Of a DNA stretch of 64,000 nt, positions 50,846 through 62,026 are shown one piece after another (the first letter of the stretch is position 1; every line of letters begins with the position of its first letter). Origin of the DNA: Neoechinorhynchus agilis. Its lineage: Eukaryota > Animalia > Acanthocephala. A program made the position numbers and the translations under genes. The notes under the pieces are model-generated. The model was given only the letters and a program-made list of their open reading frames with translations. It did no database searches and was not told the origin of the DNA. The stretch is taken from positions 6,728,389 through 6,792,388 of the forward strand of contig CM121343.1 of the NCBI GenBank assembly GCA_051530055.1, given 5' to 3'.

Positions 50846-51384
50846 TACGCCTTTAACTTTTGCGATGGATTGTATGGAAAAAGAACCGAGTTCACGGGCG
50901 GGTCAAGTTCGAATGCGTGGGCAATAGGGAGTGTTGTTATACTTGAGAGTCTCTTTATATTGACTGATTATTTATACAGTTTTTTGTGTAAATCTGAGAA
51001 TGTGCTCAGTAAATAGTCTCGTCGTTTTGATGGAAATGCGTACGATGAGCCTCCATTGTGTTTTTCTCCGCACCACGTTAATAATTATTTGTACGTCTGG
51101 CGCTTTTGGAGGAGTATGAACACTGTTGGTGCCGGAGTATTGTGAGTGGGATGCTAGCGGTGTGATGCACACAAAGGGAAAAGAATAAGCTGGGACAAGT
51201 ATGAAAGGGATGCAGGAATCGTTGCGGCGATGGTGCGCAATCGTTCAAAAAACGGCACTCTCCTCTGCAGGCTTAGTTGGAAGTGTTGATACAAGCAATA
51301 GGCATTGATTTGAAGCGTCGTCGTATTCTAGTTGGTGGGTGTGTGTGCAAGAGTGAGTGCGAGCAATACGATTGGTTTGCTAGA

Positions 51385-52775
51385 ATGTCTCGACATTGGT
51401 CCTATAGGCAAGTATATGTTGTTCTTATTATATCTATGTTGATGTTTATCAGCTTCAATGAATGCGAGAACAGTCCGTTAACTTCTTGGTGTCTTAGTAA
51501 GAACTTTTTATATAATATTGATAGTATATCCACTCAATACCCTACCCATTATCGTTATTGTACAACCAAAGCAGCCACCTGTAGGAAGCTGTACCAGCTC
51601 GGTGATCTATTTCGTTCTAAATATCTACTTAATCATACTGATTTTTTCCAATTTTGCCGTTTTGTGAATGGACGAAGTCGGTTCACAAGATCACGTCCTC
51701 CTAACTTGACGCCTAGACGATTAATTATTAATACAAATGTGGTTATCGATTCAACTGTCGTTGATTTCTTGTATTATGTATTTGGTCTTAAGTACAAGTC
51801 ATTAATGGATACATACATTAATGACATCTTTAAGGCTGCTAGTAATATTTTAACTGAAGGATTAACCAATCTACAAGTATCAATCCATCCCACCAGCATC
51901 TCTCATGTTTCCTTAATGAAATATGACCGAGGTGTTGGCTCACAAACCATTTATAATGAATGGTGCGATCAGACCCATAAAGTACTGAGCATCGATGAGA
52001 TCAATAGAACTCATCTTCATATTATAATGTCAAAAGTCTTCTCAAAACTGACTGATCATGTTGGTTAATGTAATTTGCTTCAGATACTTGGTTTTCTCGG
52101 ACACTCTGAAACAGATCACTTTACACTTTAAAAGACGGAATGTGCTCAGGAAAATGGAGCTGTACTATTATCCAGGACGATGGTCCACAACTGACCCCGA
52201 TTGTCATCGCCCATGAAATCGCTCATCTACTCGGGGTTCCCCATATAGAAGAAATGCCCGACTGTTATGAAAATGACCGGTATTTGGTAATGTCTGAACA
52301 ACTGCAAGCAAACAGCCATCACTTCAAATGGTCTGGATGTGTAAAAAATAAACTGAGGAATATCGATAAGGAATTCTCGTGTCTTGAATTTGAACAAAGA
52401 AACCCGAAAAGACGATCGGCTCTATCAACAACCGCTACTTCCATGCTCCATAAACCAAAATCGAACATTGTACCATGCAACTACTCACCGGACATGCAAT
52501 GTAAAATGATGTTCAACGATGTCGCTTCTCAATTCTGTGCTTCTAAGAAACGACAACAAATGATCTGTAATCGACTTTACTGCAGCCTCGGGGGATCAAG
52601 GCACGATGGGAGTTCAATCAATGGCCATTCAGACTATCGGTCGTCGCAAGATAGACGCAAATCCACTTTGTCCCCGTATGTTTGCCAGTCACGATCTGTG
52701 GGTGCTCTTGAAGGAACATCTTGCGGAAATAACCGCCTGTGTGTTGAAGGAAGATGCACTCAAGTAAATCCGTGA
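51385..52775 (+). CDS. Secreted ADAMTS-like M12B metalloprotease (no TSP1 repeat seen); 444 aa if 52067-52122 is removed
   Basis: Hydrophobic signal MSRHWSYRQVYVVLIISMLMFISF, GMC..SC.I.QD, HEIAHLLGVPH zinc motif, VMS Met-turn, QCKMMF...CNRLYC...EGTSCG...CVEGRC disintegrin-like module. Confidence 0.85.
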
Positions 52776-53492
52776 ACAACGTAAGCTCAGTATTGAAGGC
52801 CAGCATCCACGAGTATCGCCATAGACGAATATGATTTGAAGAAACGAATTTTGACCATAATAGGAAACTGTTAGAATCCAGCGGGGATCGCCGTTTCGAG
52901 AAATAAGCAGTACTGTCAACCAATTGGTAAATTTCTAGGAATTTTCGGCTAAATGTTGCTCATGACTGTGTTATTTACCTTAAAGTCCCCGCTGTATCCT
53001 CGATATCACTCCTCATGTTTCAAAATAATCAAATTTTAATGTACTTTTAAACGTTTTTCCATTGTTGCCGTTCACCTCGGATTCGCCCATTGGGAGATCA
53101 ATCAAATTTGGGATCGCACTGGACGACTCCATAAACCCCAAGCCTATTACCGAGATCTGGTCGTGCGATTCACACGCTACATGGTAAAACTAGAAGTTGA
53201 GACGACAGTTGCAGCGGTCACCGGAGTCTCAATCTGTCAAGGTCCGTGATTTTGTAGCCTGGATCACCGTCGCCTACCAATGTAGGTTTAATCATTCGAA
53301 CACAAGGGTTCAGCCGATATTTGCAGGAAATACCCATGAATAAAAAATCAGCATTTGCCTCCAATGCCGTTTTAATGGACTTAAAAATTAAGCCAGATCC
53401 GACCAGTATAATTTCAGCGGTGCCTAATTTGCTCGTGTTTCAGCAATTTATTTCATTCGAACAATTTTAAATTTTTATAATATAAAATTTGA

Positions 53493-53835
53493 TTAAATCG
53501 TCCCCCGGACGCTGACCGCATTTCCTCGTTGGATTGCGAGGCTTATTCTTTGGATCAGGAAAATCCTCTGGCGCCGCTCCCCTGTTTGTGCTGCAAGTCG
53601 TCTTCCGAGTTCGGCACAAAAGCTTCGTGCCTCCACGCCGAAAGGAAGGAAAATGTAATTTTGTTTGAGCTCATTGTATTTCTCCGCTTTCCTCTTTCGG
53701 CGGCACTCGCTGCTCCTCCCGTCTCCGCTAAAGCATCTTGCCGGTTGGACAGGGCGAGTGAGTCCACGCATGTTGCGTCCCAAATTAGACTCTTCCCTTC
53801 TTTCCAAGGGAAAACGGTTATACCGTCGGGACTTT
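53493..53835 (-). mobile_element. CRE-clade 3' fragment (RLE)
   Basis: PDGITVFPWKEGK...DSLA...AAERGKRR/KYNEL...FLPFGVE...QRISLAIQRGNAVSVRGT with frameshifts. Confidence 0.85.
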
Positions 53836-54894
53836 AGTTTTAAGAGAAAAAGGAAAGAGAAATAATGTTAAAAATTCATGTCATAAATGATTTTCCCGTG
53901 AACAACTGACTAAATTTAGAAGGTCAATAATCTCAGATCCACATTTATTCCTGTTGTGCATTCCCAATCCAAACTTCATCTGGATCGTCCGAGAGGTACA
54001 TAACTACCAAGACTCACTTATCCAAGGAGTCTTTAGATTTCATTTTGTATGAATATTTGGAAAACGTGGAACCTAATAAATTCAGAATTTCCTTCATAAG
54101 AAAGAGCATGAAGAGTTCAATCTTAAATATAGGAAATTAAACACAGTGCCATTAAATTACGTCAAGTTTTCAAATTTGGTCGTTGGAAGTAGCCGCGAAC
54201 GTCATCGATGACGCTTCAGACGTTTGACGTCACATTTTCGTGTAAATACGAAAGAATCGTAAATGAACAGTTTTTCATGGATTAATTTCATTTGTTGATT
54301 CGTCCATTTCGTGGACGGAATATTGTGTGGTGGCTTTATTAAATCAATCCTAGAATCGCAAAGTAAAATATAAAATGAAAAGGGTGGTCTTTAAACTTGA
54401 TCGGGACCTGAATGAACAATCTAAAACGAGGGAGTAGTGGTGATCGGTTGATTTCCATGGTCCCATTGGTAAAAAGTGAATTCCGATACATTAGTGGCTA
54501 TAAAGTGCGGAATGATGGATAATATTGATTTTTAAATTTCCGATATAAGTTTACGGCTTTAGTTTTATCGCTTTTAAGACAATGTTAACGCCTATCACTG
54601 ATCTTTGTTCAACAATCGAGTCTTCGGTGCTCAATTTGCTCGATTTGATTGTACCATCGTACGCTGTTTCAATCGAAGATCGGAATGAATGGGCTAAATC
54701 TTCATCTGGGTCGCTGGAATATGATTTGTGTCTCCTTCGTTCCACGTGATCATACTTTTATAACTGTAAAGAAATTCATTTTGGCATTTTTTTTGTAGTT
54801 GAAAAATTAAATGGAAACTTTGAGCAATTATGGGTCTTATTTTTTCTACATTAACAAATAAACGCGTTATTATTTGATTAATTATGTGTAAAAG

Positions 54895-55462
54895 TTTCTA
54901 TATGAAAAATTCAGAAGTTCGACTTTTTAATCTATTTTGGAATCATCTAATCAATATGATCCGGAACGTGTTCTGTTCGTCTTGCTAACGATTTCTTAGG
55001 AAATCTTACTGATTTGAACACGGATGCGGTAATTATAATTCCAAAATTGATTAAAATGCCATGATTCTGAACTTTTCGTATAAAAAACTGAGCCTTACAA
55101 AGGTAAAATTGAATGTTTCTATATGAAAAATTCAGAAGTTCGACTTTTTAATCTATTTTGGAATCATCTAATCAATATGATCCGGAACGTGTTCTGTTCG
55201 TCTTGCTAACGATTTCTTAGGAAATCTTACTGATTTGAACACGGAAGCGGTAATGGTAATTCCAAACTTGATTAAAATGTCACGATTCTGAACTTTTCAT
55301 ATAAAAAAACTGAGCCTTGCAAAGGTAAAATGGAATGTTTCGATATGAAAAATTCAGAAGTTCGACTTTTAATCTATTTTGGAATCATCTAATCAATATG
55401 ATCCGGAACGTGTTCTGTTCGCCTTGCTAACGATTTCTTAGGAATCTGAGTGATTTGAACAC
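54895..55462. repeat. ~221 bp tandem array, ~2.6 copies
   Basis: tatgaaaaattcagaag at 54901, 55122, 55344. Confidence 0.93.
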
Positions 55463-56087
55463 AGATGGAGTCAATAACCTTCATCGTTCAAGTGTAAAGC
55501 GATCTAATTTTTACGGTCGCAGTTCTAAGGACGATGATTACGATCCCTCACAGATGATAAAAGTCAGTGAATTAGCAAGAACTTCTCAAATGTACGAAGA
55601 ATTGGGTAAATGCTCAGTTCGTTGTGAACAGATCGAGTGCAGATTAATGTCCGTTCTTAAAGTACGATTGTTAGAAAAGACACAGACCTCGAAAAACGTC
55701 AGGATTAAAAAAAGAAAAAAATCGGATTCAGTTCAACTAAATTCATCTGAGCAAGCGACGAAGAAAACAAAACTTAAGACAAAGCAAAATGTTCTGAAAA
55801 CTCTCCAAAAAGCAATGAAGATGGCTGAAGACAGTAAGGCTGAGGATAGGTGGCAATTAACTATGGAAAAGGCGAGTGGCTCAAAATTAGTGGCCGACGA
55901 TCCAGTGGCACTTAAACGATTGCTGAAAAACAAAGCTGATAAGAAGAAAAGATCGGCAAAAAAGTGGAAGGAACGGACAACGACAGTCATTGAAGCACAG
56001 GAAGAGAGAAAAAGAAAAAAGGACGAGAATAGAAGAAAAAGGAAAAAATCCACAAAAAAAGGAGGAAAAAAAGTCCGAATGACGTAG
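55455..56087 (+). CDS. SURF6: Surfeit locus protein 6 (SURF6/Rrp14)-like nucleolar protein; probable 57 nt GT-AG intron 55606-55662; start uncertain
   Basis: RWQLTMEKASGSKLVADDPVALKRLLKNKADKKKRSAKKWKER...QEERKRKKDEN matches the SURF6 C-terminal domain pattern. Confidence 0.8.
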   Translation: MNTDGVNNLHRSSVKRSNFYGRSSKDDDYDPSQMIKVSELARTSQMYEELGKCSVRCEQIECRLMSVLKVRLLEKTQTSKNVRIKKRKKSDSVQLNSSEQATKKTKLKTKQNVLKTLQKAMKMAEDSKAEDRWQLTMEKASGSKLVADDPVALKRLLKNKADKKKRSAKKWKERTTTVIEAQEERKRKKDENRRKRKKSTKKGGKKVRMT

Positions 56088-56399
56088 CCGCCTTTGTCGT
56101 TTTTAACAAGACTTATTAAGCCCAAGTAAAAATGTGGAAGTCTTAAAGCATTGCCTTTCACGCCAATGTCCCTAAAAAGCAGTTTAAATCGCTATATAGC
56201 AATCTTCAGCTTCTTTAAACAGTTTGACAAGCGCTTTTCAACTTGTATCGATCGAATTTTTACAAAATTATATTTCATTTTGTTCACAAATTGTATAGTT
56301 CCTCGTCATAGATGTCAACTAAGTATCTAAATTTGTTGTGATCGCCCAAAATTTGACCTTTTGATGATTAGTGCTGATTGGCCGACTGGGAAAGCCCCT

Positions 56400-59300
56400 C
56401 GTTAATTTCCAATATTTATTAATTCATTTGAATCTCTTTAAGTAATCAAAATGAAAAACCGATGCCGCCTCTACCACCGACGACACCGATGCCATCCCCT
56501 CGCTTCGCTCGGAACCTGGAGGATAGACCACAATATGAAGACGGAAACTTGACCGCCGAAAACGAACCCAGTGAAGAGAACAACGTCAATGTGATCGTTT
56601 CAACTTCACCAGTCTCAACAGGAAACTGTGAGGTTTGGAATTGGTTTTTCTCCCTGACGAAAACAGAAGTTCGTAGGGTGCTACGTAAGGAGTTTGTCCA
56701 GGAGCGTGACAACCGCCGAAACTCAAATCGGTCGCTTGCTGGACGCGTTTCTTCGAAGCTCGCAGACGGAGATGTCAGAGGAGCAATTCGTCTTTTATCA
56801 TCAATGGACAATCTCGCGAAAGATAACGAAGAAACTTTACGAACTCTTCGCACCAAACATTCTAGTGACGGCTTTCGGCAGTTTTTCGTTAAATTCTCTT
56901 CCTTCGATACGATCCCTTATGTTTTATCATCGAAATCTCTGAAAGGAATCCCGAAGGGCGCGCGATATCAGGCCGCAAAGAGATTTACCTCTTTATTGAG
57001 AGACTGCATCGAGTCTAACTCAGAGTTGTAGATGCGTCTCTTTGCGTTCCCTAGACTTGTGTATTCCGCCGGCGATGTTTCTGAGGGATCTCTGACCACA
57101 AAAATAATAGAACGAACAAGTTCTTTTGACGAAAATTTTACTCAATGCTTTTTGACAGCGTGCCAGCTACGTAAGGAGTGCGTCCAGGAGCGTGACAACC
57201 GCCGAAACTCAAACCGGTCGCTTGCTGGACGCGTTTCTTCGAAGATCGCAGACGGAGATGTCAGAGGAGCAGTTCGTCTTTTATCATCAATGGACAGTCT
57301 CGCGAAAGATAACGAAGAAACTTTACGAACTCTTCGCACCAAACATTCTAGTGACGGCGGTTGGCAGTTTTTCGTTAAATCCTCTTCCGTCGATACGATC
57401 CCTTGTGTTTTATCATCGAAATCTCTGAAAGGAATCCCAAAGGGCGCGCGATATCAGGCCGCCAAGAGATTTATTTACCTCTTTATTGAGAGACTGCATC
57501 GAGACTAACTCAGAGTGGTGGATGCGTCTCTTTGCGTTCCCTAGAGTTGTGTATTCCGCCGGTGATGTTTCTGAGGGATGTCTGACCACAAAAATAATAG
57601 AACGAACAAGTTCTTTTGACGAAAATTTTACTCAATGCCTTTTGACAGCGTGCCAGCTACGTAAGGAGTGCGTCCAGGAGCGTGACAACCGCCGAAACTC
57701 AAATCGGCCGCTTGCTGGACGCGTTTCGTCGAAGCTCGCAGACGGAGATGTCAGAGGAGCAGTTCGCATTTTATCATCAATGGACAGTCTCGCGAAAGAT
57801 AACGAAGAAACTTTACGAACTCTTCGCACCAAACATTCTAGTGACGGCTGTCGGCAGTTTTTCGTTAAATTCTCTTCCTTCCATACGATCCCTTATGTTT
57901 TATCATCGAAATCAGAAGTGAAGATGGCAATCTTCTCTTTTGCTAACGGATCCAAACACCTAAAGGATATGACTTCCTTTTCGGTAGGTGACGCTGCCCA
58001 GTCTCTTGAAGATGCATTGGCTCACCTAGTCGACCAATTTGCAGGGGGAGAGTTGACTGCGAAAGCAATTGAGTTATTTTTCAGCGCGTCTTAGTGTGCC
58101 CTCGGGAAAAAGGAAGGTGAGATTCGTCCAATTGCAATTGGAACAACTCTGCGCCACTTAACAGCAAATATTTTAAATAAAAGGATCGCGGAAAAGTAGG
58201 GATGCTGCTCTGCCCCACTCAGTTAGGCTGCTGTACACCCTGTGGCGCAGAGGCGATCGTTCATTCACTCCGCACTTTCACCACCGGAAACTCAAAGCCG
58301 CGCGTGATCTTGAAATGTGATTTCAAAAATGCGTTCAACACAGTTCACCGAGCAGATTTGCTCGAATTAGTTAGAGATCACGCGCCAGAAGCATTTCGCT
58401 ATTTCGTTAATGCCTCTAGAGCTTCAACTCCCTTGTTGTCCAATAAACACGTTTTGTGGTAAAAAAGAGGAGTTCAACAAGGGGATTCTTTTTTTTCCAA
58501 TAGCCTTCTTACTCGCAGTCAATCCCGCCGCGCACTCTCCAATCCAGCTTTAGCGGCCGGTACCTGGACGATACTAGGCTCGGAGGTAACCCCTCTGTAG
58601 CACTGCACGATTTGGAGACACCCGTGAAGAAGACGGCGAAAATTGGAATTGAATTGAATGCTGCGAAATGCGAGATTTTAGTGATGAACGTGGAAGGTGA
58701 GGCGTCCAAGCAAATTATCGTGAAAGATTTTCAGAACCTGGCCCCCGGGATAGTATTGATCACTCTAAACCGGTTGAGTCTTCTAGGAAGCTGCATTTTT
58801 GGTTCTAATGCCGAAGCAGAGATCGCCAATCTTCAAGTGCCAATTTCGGTGCTGTGCGAACGAGTTAATGAATTATCTTCACACGAGATTCTGTTCCCGA
58901 TCAAGAACACTCTCTTAATTCCAAAATTGCTGTATAAGCTGCGCACAGCACCTCCTTTTAGGCAAAGGGATAAGCTGGAAAAATTACACGACACGGTGAA
59001 AGCCTTTCTCGAGCAAATTTTAAGTACTCAGCTGTCGGACCTGTGTCGTCCGGCGGTTTGAGCATCCGAAAAGCAGCCGATATTTCTCAGCCAGCTTATT
59101 TGGGATCGTATGAAGCAAGCCGCAAAGTAGTTAAATCCGTTCTTGGCGAGAACTACACTTTAAATGAAGATTTCGTGTAGGCCCTTAATCTTTGGTGTGG
59201 TGATTCACGCAGTGAGCAGTTACCCGTCGATGGTTGCATACAATCAGTTTGGGACTAACTCCTGGTAGCGAGACCTGGTGAACCGATCTCGATTGGCGGC

Positions 59301-59975
59301 AGTCTCCACAAGAGAATCGGGTGCTTGGCTCAGCGCTATCCCAATCGCTTCTGTGGGTACCCTCCAACGAGACAGTAAGGATTGCAGTGTCCCTGTGACT
59401 TGGGGTACCGATGTGCACATCCCATCGCTGCCGTTGAGGAGCAACCGTGGAACCATCGGGACGCCATGGTCTCGTCTGTCGGCAATCAGGCGGAAAATAC
59501 TTACGATACGCCGAAGTGAACGCAATTCTCAGCCTTGTCCTGAATACTGTGAATGGGCGCAACATCCCAGATTGCCGACTCGATAGCCGTAGACCGGACG
59601 GTGTCACAGTATTCCCGTGGCGAAAAGGAAAATGCCTTCTCTGGGACGCCACGTTCGTGGACACGCTCGCAGCCAGTAACATAAAATTCGCCACTATTAA
59701 GCCAGAGGGAGCAGCAACCGCCGCGGAGGAACGCAAAAGGACAAAATACAGGGACCTGAGTCGAAATCATTATTTTGCTCCCTTTGGCGTCGAGAAGCTC
59801 GGGTCGTTTGGTACCGCTGCGCAGGACCTGGTCAAGCAATTGTCTAAGAGATTGAGACGAATATCACTGGCGATCCGAGGGCAGGAGCATTGTGCAACGA
59901 GGGAACGCTGCATCCGTCCTTTCGACCGTTACACCACGACGGCACCTAAAGAGATCCAGAGCGGTGGTGTGAATA
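56400..59975 (+). mobile_element. Near full-length, decayed CRE-clade non-LTR retrotransposon (RT + Zn-knuckle + RLE) with internal tandem duplication
   Basis: [71 protein letters not shown]...FAPFGVE; multiple stops and frameshifts. Confidence 0.92.
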
Positions 59976-61134
59976 ATCTCATAATGTATGGTTATATTTA
60001 AGAAAACTGAATCTTAGCTTTGAGTTTAGAATGTACAACATTTAGCTCGTTCGATTTCTTGAAATTATAGTGTTTCTCTATAAAGCTGCTTTATCGATAG
60101 CATTGCAATGTCCTTTATTCCGTATTAGAAAACGTCTTCTCCGGGGTTCGATTCCCAAAGACCATTTGGGGTTGTCAGGAAATCCTACCTTAAATCTCAA
60201 ATGTTCCGTTAAAAGTCCTCAGCCCGAACGAAAGTTAACACTTTCCCTTGAGGGAGTGCGCTCTTCAAATAAATAGCTCGATTTCTGCAAAAACCCTTTT
60301 TAAAGTCAATATTTGAATCGTGCATCCATCCCCCATCGAAAATCCTAATCAATAAAGCACTCTAATTGTATTTTCAATCGAAGATATCAATAAAGCCTCC
60401 GCCTGACGATCTTTTGATGTTTAAAGGGCCTTAAAACCCCACGAATGCCTTCTGAATGAACAAAAAAGAGTAATAGTCGATGAAGGTGATTTAAGGACTT
60501 TATCGTTTAATAATTGAACATATTCAATACCTAGCGACCATAAGTCCATTGGACTGTTTATCCAGCCTTAACGGGATTTATCCGCTAATATAAGAACAAA
60601 TCGATAAAGGAAGATTAAGCCTCAGCTCTTTTCTTGGATTACTCATAAACTTGTGATTCTGAGACATTCAGTGCGTGTCGATCCGTACGCCTTTTATAGC
60701 AATTGTTTTATAAGTGAACAAACGAGTTATTTTCGAAAAGACATGATTTAAACCGTAGAATTAATCACTTTAAAGCTTACAGCAATTGTTTAATTTATAG
60801 TGCAAGCGCATTGTTATGGTCAATGACATGGCTCGTTTTCTGAACCCGGTGAGAGCTGCGTTTTGTTTGAAAACGATTATTGTTCATTTTACTTTTGCTA
60901 TTTACTTCGGTTTAATGGTGGACAGTGTTTAGATGTGAATGCTGTACGGATGGAATCCTTAATTTAACTTGGAGATATAAACTCCTTTTTTCTATTTAAA
61001 CGTTCTCTACTGAGACTACCTAGCACCTTAAAAATAAAGTTTCGGTCGTCGATCAGCTTAGCCTTATTATGGATGTGCGTCGAAACTTGAGATTGAATTA
61101 TTGATGTCTGTTTATGGCGGAAAATTGAGGGAAT

Positions 61135-61190
61135 TTTATTAAATCCGATGTTTTGGAGGCACAATCTCGGGCCTTTATCAAGGTTGCTTG
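61135..61190 (-). ncRNA. Hammerhead-like U3-A8 family copy with mutated GAAA
   Basis: aacc-TTGATAA-aggcccgagattgtgcctc-CAAA-acatc-ggattt. Confidence 0.35.
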
Positions 61191-61354
61191 TGTTTTTTCA
61201 CATTTTTATAACCTGAAGAGCGAGCGTTAAATACACAACAGAATTTTTAAGAGTCATTTAACGTCCACTTACGACTCGAAAACGAATTGAACCGCTCCGG
61301 ATTTGTGTTGGAGCGAAAAAAACATCGGCGGTCAAATGTAATTTATTTAAGAAA

Positions 61355-62026
61355 TCAGTCTATGCTCTTTATAATATGCTCGTGTTTTCCGAATAAATAA
61401 ATAACTATTTTGTGCAAAATCTTGTTGTATTGATTTTGTGGAATATCGACCAGTTTTTCACATAGACATTTAAGAGTAAATGCAAATAGTGAGTCACCTT
61501 TCTCGTGGTGGGCATTCGTCAACGACGGCTTTGGTAAATTACAAATTTCGTAGACCACTGCTGAACGGTCGGTTAAAGGTTGAGAGAAAACGGGAGTTTT
61601 TGTATCCGACAATTCGGTTTCGGGCACTGGATCAGTTGAAACATTATTCGGATTCGTCGATTGTGGTATGGTAGAGTCTAACGTCTTCAAATTACTTTTA
61701 TCGATACTCTTCTTAACAACGGTTTTTTTGAGTTTTTTGTTCGTCTTTTTCCGCTGCAAACCTTTTGCTTCGACAACGAGCTCCTTTGATTCCTTTAATT
61801 TACCACTTTGATCATCGTTACATTTTACCAATGCTGATTTTGGTGTTCTAAGATTCTTAGGAAGTCTACAGGAACATGTGCACGAGTAGCACTTCTTATT
61901 TCCAATGTTGCTTATTTCCGTCTCGGTTGAACTATCGATTCGTTTATCCATATTTGCTAACCAAGTAAAAGTAGGTTTAAGTGGTTTTTGTTTCCATGGC
62001 AACACTGAATTATTGATTTCACCCAT
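61355..62026 (-). CDS. Orphan 223-aa ORF, copy 3 (repeat unit 61304-62206)
   Basis: Identical protein; ~30 nt deletion in the 3' flank relative to copies 1 and 2. Confidence 0.6.
   Translation of the reverse strand: MGEINNSVLPWKQKPLKPTFTWLANMDKRIDSSTETEISNIGNKKCYSCTCSCRLPKNLRTPKSALVKCNDDQSGKLKESKELVVEAKGLQRKKTNKKLKKTVVKKSIDKSNLKTLDSTIPQSTNPNNVSTDPVPETELSDTKTPVFSQPLTDRSAVVYEICNLPKPSLTNAHHEKGDSLFAFTLKCLCEKLVDIPQNQYNKILHKIVIYLFGKHEHIIKSID

Noticed and set aside
349-52109. TGA recoding (alternative genetic code), since TGA appears at breaks 349, 20507 and 52107
   Set aside because: The frame also changes at these sites, so readthrough alone cannot restore the proteins, and G-alpha-s, HOIP, WNK and ADAMTS-like all end normally in TGA.
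54551-54745. L7Ae-like exon (SVIGVNIVLKAIK)
   Set aside because: The similarity is short and I could not build a stop-free spliced model.
2594-55462. CRISPR-like arrays
   Set aside because: The arrays are contiguous tandem repeats without unique spacers, there are no cas genes, and the context is eukaryotic.
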